Shown here one piece after another: positions 26,554 to 35,154 of a stretch of 56,888 nucleotides of DNA (within the stretch, counting starts at the first letter, position 1; every line of letters begins with the position of its first letter). The stretch comes from an uncultured Pirellulaceae bacterium. GTDB taxonomy: Bacteria; Planctomycetota; Planctomycetia; Pirellulales; Pirellulaceae. Both the position numbers and the translations under genes were made by a program. The stretch spans positions 1-56,888 of the forward strand of contig CAZDSC010000008.1 of assembly GCA_964507695.1 (NCBI GenBank), written 5' to 3'. The notes under the pieces are model-generated. The model made no database searches. It was given only the letters and a program-made list of their open reading frames with translations, and had not been told where the DNA came from.

Positions 26554-27162
26554 CTATGCGAATGAGTTATTGACAACAACTTCATTCAGCGACAGTTGAC
26601 CCGGTTTGGGCCACGCGTCTTTGGTCCCTTTACCGATGGCAACCATCGGGCCCATGACATGATCGTCAGGGAGCTTGATCAACTCGGCGACCTTCTCGAT
26701 GTCAAATCCGATCATCGGACACGATTGATAGCCCAACTCCTGCGCTGCGAGCATCAATGTTTGCATCGCCATGCCGATGGATCGCTGGGCTTCGTCACGT
26801 TGCAGCCATTCGCGTCCTTCGTGAAAGGGACCCATCCAGCCGACAAGCAGTTCGGCAACTTCCGGCGGAGCATTTTTCCAGTATCGAGAAGGCTCCTTTT
26901 GCCATGCCTTTTCGTCTGCGGTAAAGAGCACCAGCAAGGAAGCATCGGTCATCTGAGCTTGATCGTTGCCAAACTCGGTGCGAATCTTCGCTCGTAACTC
27001 GGGGTCGCGCAGCACGACAAAACGCCAATGCTGAATATTGAAACTGGTCGGGGCCTGGATGACGGCTTCGAACAGTTTTGTTTCCTCTTCCTGCGTCAGG
27101 CGGTGCTCAGGATCGAAGTGTTTGATCGAGCGTCGCTTGTAAATGGCATCGATAACGTTCAC
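26554..27162 (-). CDS. nitroreductase family protein
   Basis: VIDAIYKRRSIKHF, APTSFNIQHWRFVVL and a length of 203 aa from the GTG at 27162, which is preceded by AAGGAAAA. Confidence 0.85.
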   Translation of the reverse strand: MNVIDAIYKRRSIKHFDPEHRLTQEEETKLFEAVIQAPTSFNIQHWRFVVLRDPELRAKIRTEFGNDQAQMTDASLLVLFTADEKAWQKEPSRYWKNAPPEVAELLVGWMGPFHEGREWLQRDEAQRSIGMAMQTLMLAAQELGYQSCPMIGFDIEKVAELIKLPDDHVMGPMVAIGKGTKDAWPKPGQLSLNEVVVNNSFA

Positions 27163-27256
27163 GTTTTTCCTTTTCGGGTTCGAATTACGGGTGGTTGGGG
27201 GCGTACGTATGCGACTTCCGATACGTGACGCGTCGAACGTGGCATTCCTTACAGAA

Positions 27257-27682
27257 TTACTGGGGAGAAGAGTCTGTCGTCGGCTCGGTAGAAACACGAT
27301 CGAGACTGAGGTTACCGGGCCCATTCGCGATCAGGAAGACCATCGTCCCCATCAGCGAAAGGTTCTTCATAAACTGAATCATTTGCTGCTGTCGTGCGTC
27401 GCCTTCGAACGCCCAGAAGTCATGGAAGTACCACGTTGCCAGAATCAGGAAGACCAGCAACAGGCTCGCCCCAATGCGGGTGTTGTAGCCCACGATCACG
27501 GACAGGCTTCCCGCAATCAGAAAAGCAATGGCGCCGGCGAGCATGACGTTCGGCAAGGGCACGCCTTCAAGCTGCATGTATTCGACCACGGCATTAAAGT
27601 TGGGGATCTTGTTGCCCACGGCACTCATCAGAAAGATCAGTGCGATCATGAGCCGACCGGCGAATGAAAATAGTGCACGCAT
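27257..27682 (-). CDS. DoxX family membrane protein
   Basis: 141 aa, 4 TM, with FAGRLMIALIFLMSAVGNK and a DoxX-like layout. Confidence 0.82.
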   Translation of the reverse strand: MRALFSFAGRLMIALIFLMSAVGNKIPNFNAVVEYMQLEGVPLPNVMLAGAIAFLIAGSLSVIVGYNTRIGASLLLVFLILATWYFHDFWAFEGDARQQQMIQFMKNLSLMGTMVFLIANGPGNLSLDRVSTEPTTDSSPQ

Positions 27683-27698
27683 GGTTTATTCCGTTTTC

Positions 27699-27726
27699 TG
27701 TGTTTGTGTTTGTGTTTGTGTTTGTG
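27699..27726. repeat. hexanucleotide microsatellite (TGTGTT)x4.7, which is (AACACA)n on the coding strand
   Basis: Read directly from the sequence. It lies 17 nt upstream of the doxX ATG and 19 nt downstream of the pirin stop. Confidence 0.95.
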
Positions 27727-27744
27727 GGAAGGTTTTGGCGCCGT

Positions 27745-28443
27745 TCAAGCCAGATCGAACAGCATCAGTTCGGCCTGTTCGTCGCCGTGGATCGTCAGTC
27801 TGTCTTCGTCGCTGGCGGCCGCTGCGTCGCCGGCCTGCAACGAGTGTCCGTTAAAGGTCAGCGAACCACGCAGCACCTGCAGCCACGCATGCCGATCGCC
27901 CGCCAGCTCCCGCGTCAGGCTCGCACCGGCCTGGACGTCGGCCAGATAGATCTGTGCATCCTGATGAATCAACAGTGATCCCTCCCGGCCGTCGCGTGAT
28001 GCGACCAGCTGAAAACGGTTCTGTCTTCCGGCAGCCTCGAACGCCTTCTGTTCGTAGCCTGGTTCGATTCCCTTGCGCTCTGGCAATAGCCAGATCTGAT
28101 AGAAGTGCGTCGGCCGGTCTGCCGATGGATTGAATTCGCTGTGCGTGATGCCGGTTCCCGCTGTAATCCGCTGGAATTCTCCGGGACGCAGAATCTCGCC
28201 GTTGCCCATCGAGTCCTTGTGCTCCAGTTCGCCGTCGAGGACGTAACTGACGATTTCCATGTCGTGATGTGCGTGCGTGCCAAAACCCTGTCCGGCGGCA
28301 ACACGATCTTCGTTGATCACTCGCAGCGAGCGGAAACCCATATGGGCCGGGTCCCGATAGCCAGCGAACGAAAACGTGTGATACGAATTCAGCCAGCCGT
28401 GGTCTGCGTGACCTCGTTCAGCGGACTTTCTGATGGTGATCAT
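27745..28443 (-). CDS. pirin family protein (cytoplasmic, YhhW-like bicupin)
   Basis: RGHADHGWLNSYHTFSFAGYRDPAHMGFRSLRVINEDRVAAGQGFGTHAHHDMEIVSYVLDGELEHKDSMGNG. Confidence 0.9.
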   Translation of the reverse strand: MITIRKSAERGHADHGWLNSYHTFSFAGYRDPAHMGFRSLRVINEDRVAAGQGFGTHAHHDMEIVSYVLDGELEHKDSMGNGEILRPGEFQRITAGTGITHSEFNPSADRPTHFYQIWLLPERKGIEPGYEQKAFEAAGRQNRFQLVASRDGREGSLLIHQDAQIYLADVQAGASLTRELAGDRHAWLQVLRGSLTFNGHSLQAGDAAAASDEDRLTIHGDEQAELMLFDLA

Positions 28444-28490
28444 GATTTGGACTCCCTGTTTCGATGTCCGAGCCAGATGACTGTTGTCAA

Positions 28491-28500
28491 TTACATGTAA
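28491..28500. promoter_or_regulatory. TTACATGTAA palindrome, copy 1 (candidate MarR operator)
   Basis: A perfect 10-bp palindrome 48 nt upstream of the pirin ATG (28443). Confidence 0.45.
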
Positions 28501-28523
28501 ACTAAATGGGTGATGAAAAATGA

Positions 28524-29321
28524 CTAGCCGAGGTCGAACAGCAATGCGTCCGTTGTCTCGGTTGCGATGATGTGGAGTGACGTTGGGCGGCTCGTAGCGA
28601 TCGCATCACCGCTTCCCAGCCGCGTGCCATTGACGGTCAGCGAACCACGCGCGACTTGCAGCCACGCATGACGCTGACGTTCGACGGTGTACCCAAGCTG
28701 TTGTCCTGCCGTCAGGTTGGTTGCGTAAATGTGCGCGTCCTGCTGAATTGCGACCGAAGCTTGACTGTCCTTCGGGCCGGCAATTTTCTTCCATTGATTC
28801 TGTTTTTGATCGATGGTGACTTTGCTGTCACTGTAGCGCGGTTGCGAATTCCGTAACGCAGGCTTGATCCAGATTTGCAGGAAGTGATTCGGGTCTGTTC
28901 TGGACGGATTGTATTCGCTATGCGTGATGCCCCGACCGGCCGACATCATTTGAATGTCATCTGGCGTGATGATGGCACCCTGACCGGTGCTGTCCTTGTG
29001 CTGTAGTGAACCTTCGAGCACGTACGACAGAATCTCCATGTCTCGATGGGGATGGGTCGGAAAACCTCGTTTGGCCGCAATCCGGTCGTCGTTGATGACG
29101 CGCAGCGATCGAAAGCCGACGTGCCGCTGATCGTAGTAGCCTCCGAAAGAAAACGAATGGTAGCTTTGCAGCCACCCCAGGTCGGTGTGGCCCCGTTCGG
29201 CGGCCTGTCGTACCAGCAGGTCCGTCGTCGTCGGTTCGCCGAGGACGGTTTGGGGATTGGCTGCGACGTGGATGAGCCCGGCGGCGGTGATGGCCAACGT
29301 ATTTCGACGTGTAATCTTCAT
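28524..29321 (-). CDS. pirin family protein with twin-arginine (Tat) signal peptide
   Basis: MKITRRNTLAITAAGLIHVAANP is followed by a pirin core (RGHTDLGWLQSYHSFSFGGYYD...FPTHPHRDMEILSYVLEGSLQHKD). The ATG at 29321 is preceded by AGGAAG. Confidence 0.85.
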   Translation of the reverse strand: MKITRRNTLAITAAGLIHVAANPQTVLGEPTTTDLLVRQAAERGHTDLGWLQSYHSFSFGGYYDQRHVGFRSLRVINDDRIAAKRGFPTHPHRDMEILSYVLEGSLQHKDSTGQGAIITPDDIQMMSAGRGITHSEYNPSRTDPNHFLQIWIKPALRNSQPRYSDSKVTIDQKQNQWKKIAGPKDSQASVAIQQDAHIYATNLTAGQQLGYTVERQRHAWLQVARGSLTVNGTRLGSGDAIATSRPTSLHIIATETTDALLFDLG

Positions 29322-29404
29322 TTTTGCTTCCTGATTCCAGTTCAAGGGCGACGGTGATAGTGATTGACTCCGTGCTCATCTTCGACGCCACTCACCTAGA
29401 TACC

Positions 29405-29414
29405 TTACATGTAA
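29405..29414. promoter_or_regulatory. TTACATGTAA palindrome, copy 2 (candidate MarR operator)
   Basis: A perfect 10-bp palindrome 84 nt upstream of the Tat-pirin ATG. Confidence 0.45.
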
Positions 29415-29435
29415 ATCAATTATTTAAAAAAAGAC

Positions 29436-29906
29436 TTATTCGCCGATGCCGGCACGTGCCTGTTCGAGGATTCGAATGAGCGTTTTCAGGTCGGATTTTC
29501 CGATGTTTCCGAGCAGATTGGCGTGCAAGTCCAGCACGGGACGATCGAGCTTCTTGAGTAGCCGCTTGCCGGCGGTGGTGAGGTCAATCGTGTATACGCG
29601 TCGGTCCACATCCGACTGGGTCTTGGTGATGTACTTCAGTTTCAAGAGTTGGTCGACCACGCGGGTGATCGCCGGGGCGACCTGAATCATGCGATTGGCC
29701 ACCTCCAGGCAGGGCAGCGGCTTGCCCTCGCCACGCAGGATTCGCATGACGTTGTACTGCGATTGTGTAATTCCATACTCACGCAGCAGGCGAGCGAGCC
29801 GATTTTCCAGCAGATCACTGGTTCGCAGAATTGCGAGCGTCGCCTCCTGTTCGGCGGAATCGAACGGCCCCCGTTTTTTCAGTTCATCGCGTAAGCTGGA
29901 TGCCAT
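29436..29906 (-). CDS. MarR family transcriptional regulator
   Basis: 156 aa. The winged-helix region reads ITQSQYNVMRILRGEGKPLPCLEVANRMIQVAPAITRVVDQLLKLKYITKTQSDVDRRVYTIDLTTAGKRLL. Confidence 0.88.
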   Translation of the reverse strand: MASSLRDELKKRGPFDSAEQEATLAILRTSDLLENRLARLLREYGITQSQYNVMRILRGEGKPLPCLEVANRMIQVAPAITRVVDQLLKLKYITKTQSDVDRRVYTIDLTTAGKRLLKKLDRPVLDLHANLLGNIGKSDLKTLIRILEQARAGIGE

Positions 29907-29957
29907 GGAACGCCTGATGTGTACTGATGCGAGCTTGTACTTGCTGAGTTAACTAGT

Positions 29958-29967
29958 TTACATGTAA
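29958..29967. promoter_or_regulatory. TTACATGTAA palindrome, copy 3 (candidate MarR operator / autoregulation site)
   Basis: A perfect 10-bp palindrome 52 nt upstream of the marR ATG, in the divergent spacer shared with the DUF3472 gene. Confidence 0.45.
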
Positions 29968-30069
29968 TCTTCAGTGATGCAACACCACTCGCGTGATGCC
30001 GTTCGAATTCCCTTTTCGCTATCATACGTTCGTAACTTCACCAACTCGTCATTTGCTGCAGGGTGCTCC

Positions 30070-31356
30070 ATGCATCGGCTCTTCATATCCGCTCTGATTG
30101 TCATTTCACTTGCCACTCTGATCCGAAGCTCGGACGCGGCCGAGTGGACCGTTCCGGTAGGCGGTAATGCGTTTCATACTGCACCGAATCCAAGTCGCGT
30201 CGGATTGCGTCGCAATGGCGGATTGAAATGGGACAATCCCAAAAGTGTCTATTCGATTTACTTCCATGTTGACCGAAAGGCTGACTTGGTGCTGAAGACG
30301 ACCATTCGCGGGGCCGAAGGTGCGTCGGTACTGCGTGTGAGCATTGATGACAAGTCGTTCGACGTCGCCGTCGGCGGTGCGGCGAGCGAAGTGTATGACA
30401 TTGGGAACATCTCGACGTCCGCTGGTTACGTTCGAGTTGATGTGCAAGGCGTGGAAAAATCGTCGGACGTATTCGGCGAACTAATGGATTTGATGATCGA
30501 ATCCGAGACGCCCGACCTGCGGATCGACTACGTCAGGAACAACCAGGGAAACATGTTTTATTGGGGGCGGCGTGGGCCGTCGGTGCATTTGCGTTACGAA
30601 GTGCCGAAAGACCGGCAGCTTCAATATGCCTATACGGAGGTTACCGTGCCGGCTGGGCAAGATCCGATCGGCTCATTCTTTATGGCCAACGGTTTCGGCG
30701 AAGGTTATTTCGGCATGCAGGTCAACCGCACGGATGAAAGACGCGTGCTGTTTTCCATCTGGAGTCCATTCAAGACCGACAACCCACGCGAGATACCGGC
30801 GGAGCAGCAAATCGTGCTAATGCAACGCGGTCCGGACGTTCATGTGGGCGAGTTTGGTAACGAGGGATCGGGAGGGCAGAGCTATCTGGTCTATCCGTGG
30901 AAGGCGGGCAGGACATATCGATTCTTGACAGAGGTCAAACCGGATGGCGAAGGCAACACCGTTTATGCTTCCTGGTTTGGCGATAAGGCGAAAGGCGAGT
31001 GGCGATTGATCGCACGTTTTCGGCGACCGATGACGGACACATACCTGCGCGGTTTTCATTCATTCCTGGAAAGCTTTTCGCCGACCCATGGCTATCTGCC
31101 GCGGCAGGCAAATTACGGCAACGTCTGGGTGCGTGATACCGATGGCAAGTGGCATGAATGCACACAAAGCCGGCTCTCGGTCGATGCCACCGGCCGGGGA
31201 CGTCACCGTCTGGACTTTGCCGGTGGCAGTCGCGATGAGTACTTCTTCATGCAGAACTGCGGCTTCTTCGACGAGACCGGAAAGCCTGGTGAGGTCTACG
31301 AACGCACATCTACGGCGCGACAACGTCCCGACATACAAGTGGATGCACTGCCGTAG
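30070..31356 (+). CDS. secreted DUF3472 (DUF5077-associated) domain protein
   Basis: A signal peptide (MHRLFISALIVISLATLIRSSDAAEW), then GYFGMQVNRTDERRVLFSIWSPFKTDNP and GEFGNEGSGGQSYLVYPWKAGRTYRF, which fit DUF3472 as I remember it. Confidence 0.65.
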   Translation: MHRLFISALIVISLATLIRSSDAAEWTVPVGGNAFHTAPNPSRVGLRRNGGLKWDNPKSVYSIYFHVDRKADLVLKTTIRGAEGASVLRVSIDDKSFDVAVGGAASEVYDIGNISTSAGYVRVDVQGVEKSSDVFGELMDLMIESETPDLRIDYVRNNQGNMFYWGRRGPSVHLRYEVPKDRQLQYAYTEVTVPAGQDPIGSFFMANGFGEGYFGMQVNRTDERRVLFSIWSPFKTDNPREIPAEQQIVLMQRGPDVHVGEFGNEGSGGQSYLVYPWKAGRTYRFLTEVKPDGEGNTVYASWFGDKAKGEWRLIARFRRPMTDTYLRGFHSFLESFSPTHGYLPRQANYGNVWVRDTDGKWHECTQSRLSVDATGRGRHRLDFAGGSRDEYFFMQNCGFFDETGKPGEVYERTSTARQRPDIQVDALP

Positions 31357-31616
31357 GAATCTTTGCGGGCCGGCCATCGAGGCCACCGACTCTATCCATG
31401 ATTTGTAAGCGCTTCGTAAAGCAGCCACAGTTGGTCGATGACCACTTTGGTGATTCTTGCAACATAACTTCTGCCGAAAAGCGAATCAGGTTCGAGCAAT
31501 CTTGAGCAAACCTGAGCGGACTCAGGTCAGTTCACTGGCGTCTTGATGCGCATGCCTCCACTGTGAGGGGGACGGTGTTCATCCACGTCTAAACGTTCGT
31601 TTCATGAAAAAATATT

Positions 31617-31644
31617 TTGAAACTTCGTTTTCAGTCATGATAAT
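31617..31644 (+). promoter_or_regulatory. candidate promoter TTGAAA-16 nt-GATAAT
   Basis: Read directly from the sequence, about 120 nt upstream of the ATG at 31768. Confidence 0.3.
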
Positions 31645-31767
31645 GCCGGCTCTGGGAGAGGACTGCGGAGAGGCACCTAAGCGCTTACAGGAGTACGCGC
31701 ATGCGCTGAATTTGAATTCTGCGCATTTCAGGACGTTGAGTTTTCATCCAAGGGAAAGAACGAAAAG

Positions 31768-33975
31768 ATGAGTCGTCGCAGTAAAAGCATCAAAAAGAAA
31801 CTACGAAAGCTTCGTCGCAATCGACCGATTCGCACCATCGAGACGTTGGAAGCAAAGACCGTACTGACAGGAACATTCAGTTTCGCGGACGGTGGTGTCG
31901 AGTGGGCTTACCAGTTCAATGGAGATAGTGCAGCCGACGGTGGTGACGAAGCCACCTCGCTCGATGGTACGTGGTCCCACGATAACGGTTCGGATTCCTG
32001 GGACGGATCAGAGATCGGTTCCGAGGATGGCCTCCCCGGCGGCGTCATTGCACTCACCGAGGGAGACGGTGACGACGCCACGGACTTCATTCGTGTTCAG
32101 GACCCAGGTGATCCACGCGACACGTTGGGGGCAAGCGATCCCAGTAATCGAAAGGTCTACTTGACGCACAATCTGTCACAGGATTTTGCGGAAGACGAGC
32201 TTCCGGATAACTTTGACACGATTGTCGACGACGGCGTCACGCTCTATTTCAAGGTCCGCGTAGCGACGGCTGATACAGGCCCGATCGATGAGTTGCACAC
32301 GGACGGCGGTTCTGAGTCCACTGATTGGCCGGAAGACGGTCTCGGCTATTACCAGCACAATAGTGGCAAGAGCATGATTGCCATCAAGCAGGCGGACGGG
32401 CCCAATATCGCGTTTGGTCTCGATCGCAGCGAAAACGTCAACGAGGAATTGTTGGCCGACGAAGATGGCGAGCCGCAGGAAGGACTGATTTTGCCGCACC
32501 TGCTGCAGGATGGCGAACTGTCTGGTGATTCGGATCCGTCATCGACGCCGGATACGCTGTCGACGGGTACCGGAAACATTCTTGCGGCCGACGACATCAC
32601 GGAGTGGCAAGAGTACTGGGTGACGATTCAGGCCGGCACGACACCCGTCGATGGCTTTGAGGATGGCACGCACATCGTCACGGTTTACTCAGCCACGGCA
32701 GACGATCCGCTGAATGCAAACACGTTTGGCATCACCGCGGCCACCGGCGATGACGTGTCGGGCGAAAACTACATCGCCATCGGAGCGGGAGCGACGGGCA
32801 GGGCAGGGGCCTTTGACGTCGACTTCTTCTCATGGACACCCGGCGTTCATACTCCATCGATCGTGATTGGTCCCAAGGCGGATTTGCCGGATGTCGGCGT
32901 TGCGTATCAGGGCGAATGGGATTACGCCTACGATGGAGGACAGGATGCCAATGATTCCGTGGGTGCTTTGGATGGCTTCTGGACGCACGTTGAAAACGAT
33001 CGCTGGGACGGCAGTGGACCCGGTGAGGAGGGTACGGCTCCTGGCGGGATCAAGTCGATCACCGAGGACGACGTGACTTACCTGCGAGTGCAGGATGCAG
33101 GTGACCCACGTGGCCTTGGATTCGACGATGCCGTGAGCAACCGAAAAATGTCGTTGAATCGTGACGTGGCTGGTGACGACATCAACCGCGACACCTTCCT
33201 CGACGATGGGTTTACATTCTCCTTCCGCGCTCGATTGGCAACCGATGGACCACTGGACGACGTGACGTTCGATGGCGGGCAGGAACCGTGGCCGGAAGGT
33301 GGCCGGGGATCCGACATCGACTTTGGGGGAACCGGTTTCATTACCCTCTCGCAAGGTTCGGGGAATGCCTTCTCCTTCGCACTTGCGGATCTGGAGGTGG
33401 GACTGCAGGATCTTCCCGAGGACCTGCGGCCAGAAGTTGGCGGTCTGATCATGAATAACCTCGCCGGCACCGAGCCAAGCGGGAGTGTGGACACCGACGA
33501 CGTGAACGGGCTGGATGTGGGTTTGAACCTGCATCCGATCGCGGACCTGACCGATTGGACAGAGTTCTGGATCACCATCGAAGCTGACACCAGCGGCGGC
33601 GGTACGCACCGTGTCGAGATCTACACCAATGGTGCCACTGAGTCCGATACGTATCACATCACGATCAGCAATTCCGATCGTTTTGAGGAATTCTGTATCT
33701 GCCCATCGTTTACATCGGGTGCGACGGCCGTGGACATCGATTACATGGCCTACTCGGCAGGCGTTCAAGCTCCGACGCTGCGAGACGACTCACCCGATCC
33801 GATTCCGGGCGATGCGAACGGAAGTGGCACGGTTGATTTTGCCGACTTCCTCGCCCTGTCGCAGAACTATGGCAAAGTCGATGCGGTCTTTGCAGATGGC
33901 GACTTCAACGGTGACGGCACGGTTGACTTCGCCGACTTCCTGATTCTGTCCGGGAATTATGGCGAGAGTGCCTGA
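31768..33975 (+). CDS. large secreted protein with an internally duplicated domain and two C-terminal dockerin-type repeats
   Basis: A basic N-terminus with ETLEAKTVLTG. Two homologous modules of about 150 aa are present (LDGTWSHDNGSDSWDGS...IRVQDPGDPRD...SNRKVYLTHNL versus LDGFWTHVENDRWDGS...LRVQDAGDPRG...SNRKMSLNRDV). Two dockerin-type repeats close the protein (GDANGSGTVDFADFLALSQNYG, GDFNGDGTVDFADFLILSGNYG). Confidence 0.75.
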   Translation: MSRRSKSIKKKLRKLRRNRPIRTIETLEAKTVLTGTFSFADGGVEWAYQFNGDSAADGGDEATSLDGTWSHDNGSDSWDGSEIGSEDGLPGGVIALTEGDGDDATDFIRVQDPGDPRDTLGASDPSNRKVYLTHNLSQDFAEDELPDNFDTIVDDGVTLYFKVRVATADTGPIDELHTDGGSESTDWPEDGLGYYQHNSGKSMIAIKQADGPNIAFGLDRSENVNEELLADEDGEPQEGLILPHLLQDGELSGDSDPSSTPDTLSTGTGNILAADDITEWQEYWVTIQAGTTPVDGFEDGTHIVTVYSATADDPLNANTFGITAATGDDVSGENYIAIGAGATGRAGAFDVDFFSWTPGVHTPSIVIGPKADLPDVGVAYQGEWDYAYDGGQDANDSVGALDGFWTHVENDRWDGSGPGEEGTAPGGIKSITEDDVTYLRVQDAGDPRGLGFDDAVSNRKMSLNRDVAGDDINRDTFLDDGFTFSFRARLATDGPLDDVTFDGGQEPWPEGGRGSDIDFGGTGFITLSQGSGNAFSFALADLEVGLQDLPEDLRPEVGGLIMNNLAGTEPSGSVDTDDVNGLDVGLNLHPIADLTDWTEFWITIEADTSGGGTHRVEIYTNGATESDTYHITISNSDRFEEFCICPSFTSGATAVDIDYMAYSAGVQAPTLRDDSPDPIPGDANGSGTVDFADFLALSQNYGKVDAVFADGDFNGDGTVDFADFLILSGNYGESA

Positions 33976-34006
33976 TTGCGGGCGGTTTCATTGCAGGAAG
34001 TTTCGT

Positions 34007-34039
34007 GTGGCAACTCAGGCGGGAGTTGCCACTTTTTTT
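34007..34039 (+). terminator. Rho-independent terminator
   Basis: GTGGCAACTC-AGGCGG-GAGTTGCCAC followed by TTTTTTT, 32 nt after the stop at 33975. Confidence 0.75.
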
Positions 34040-34070
34040 GCGCTGCGGCGGGATCAGGTCATGGCACGCG

Positions 34071-34184
34071 GATGCCAAGACTAGCGGCCATCAAGATGCC
34101 AGGCCTAGCGGCAATCAAGATGCCAAGACTAGCAGGCAATCAAGATTCGCAGCCTGGCAGGATGCCAAGACTAACGGGCTATCA
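34071..34184. repeat. 24-bp tandem array x4.5 (consensus GATGCCAAGACTAGCGGCAATCAA)
   Basis: Read directly from the sequence. Units start at 34071, 34095, 34119, 34144 (truncated) and 34161. The last unit overlaps the cmoB stop codon. Confidence 0.92.
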
Positions 34185-35154
34185 GTACCGCTCGGGTCGG
34201 AGCCGGGTAACCTTCGACGGTTGTCTGCGGGCTGTCAGCGTCCAGAAAGTTCTCCAGTGATTCAAATCGCATCCAATCGGTGCGCCGCTGTTCGTTGGGT
34301 GTCGTTCGAGTCACGTCAACGACGTCGACCTCTCGAAAACCTGCCCGGCGCAGTAACCGTTCCAGCATCCGCGTGGACGGAATCAACCAGACGTTTCGCA
34401 TCTTGGCGTAGCGGTCCCGGGGCACGAGGACGGAGTTTTCATCGCCGTCGATCACCAGCGTTTCCAATACCGCTGTGCCACCGCTTCGAAGTGCTCGGCG
34501 GATCGATTCAAGATGTCCGATAGGATCTTTCGAGTGATAGAAAACACCCATCGAAAGCACGACATCGAACAGCGACTGTTCACGCGGTGCCGCGTTTCGA
34601 AAATACTCGAGCACGCGATCCTTGGCCGGAATAACGTGATTCGGCAGGTCGGTGGCATAGTGTTTGAAAATGGCGTGCTGCATGTTGTACAGCGGATAGG
34701 GTTCCAGCCCCATCACGCGGTTCGCGCCGGCGCCGAGCATTCGCCATCCGTAATATCCATTGCCACAGCCAATGTCCAGCACGCTGGCGGCAGAGAAGTT
34801 CACGTGCGGGGCGACGCGTTCCCATTTCAGGTCCGATCGCCATTCTGCGTCGACCTGCACGCCGAACAAATCGAAGGGGCCCTTTCGCCATGGATGGAAT
34901 TGCTGCAAGGCTTCCCGGATGAGACTCTGACAGGTATCGGTCACGTGCGAACTGCCGAACGTGACCACGGGCTCATTCAGTTCCGCCTTGGTCAGCGGGA
35001 TCGCAGGCAGATCCTGAACGGTTTGTTGCCACATCGGCAGGTGGCCGTGACGCGACGGATCAAGGATGTCGTCGGCGCTGCGCTGCAGGATGTCGACCCA
35101 CGCGCCGCCGCCGGAATCAGCAAGATCTGCGAATAACGGTGCCAGATTTTCCAT
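34171..35154 (-). CDS. cmoB: tRNA U34 carboxymethyltransferase CmoB
   Basis: FHPWRKGPFDLFGVQVDAEWRSDLKWERV and VLDIGCGNGYYGWRM are present. The ATG at 35154 shares one nucleotide with the cmoA stop (TAATG). Confidence 0.88.
   Translation of the reverse strand: MENLAPLFADLADSGGGAWVDILQRSADDILDPSRHGHLPMWQQTVQDLPAIPLTKAELNEPVVTFGSSHVTDTCQSLIREALQQFHPWRKGPFDLFGVQVDAEWRSDLKWERVAPHVNFSAASVLDIGCGNGYYGWRMLGAGANRVMGLEPYPLYNMQHAIFKHYATDLPNHVIPAKDRVLEYFRNAAPREQSLFDVVLSMGVFYHSKDPIGHLESIRRALRSGGTAVLETLVIDGDENSVLVPRDRYAKMRNVWLIPSTRMLERLLRRAGFREVDVVDVTRTTPNEQRRTDWMRFESLENFLDADSPQTTVEGYPAPTRAVLIAR

Noticed and set aside
33976-34523. Plus-strand ORFs translating the 24-bp array as MPRLAAIK-type peptide repeats.
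   Set aside because: They begin after the stop and the strong intrinsic terminator of the upstream gene, and they overlap cmoB on the other strand. The periodicity comes from the DNA repeat.
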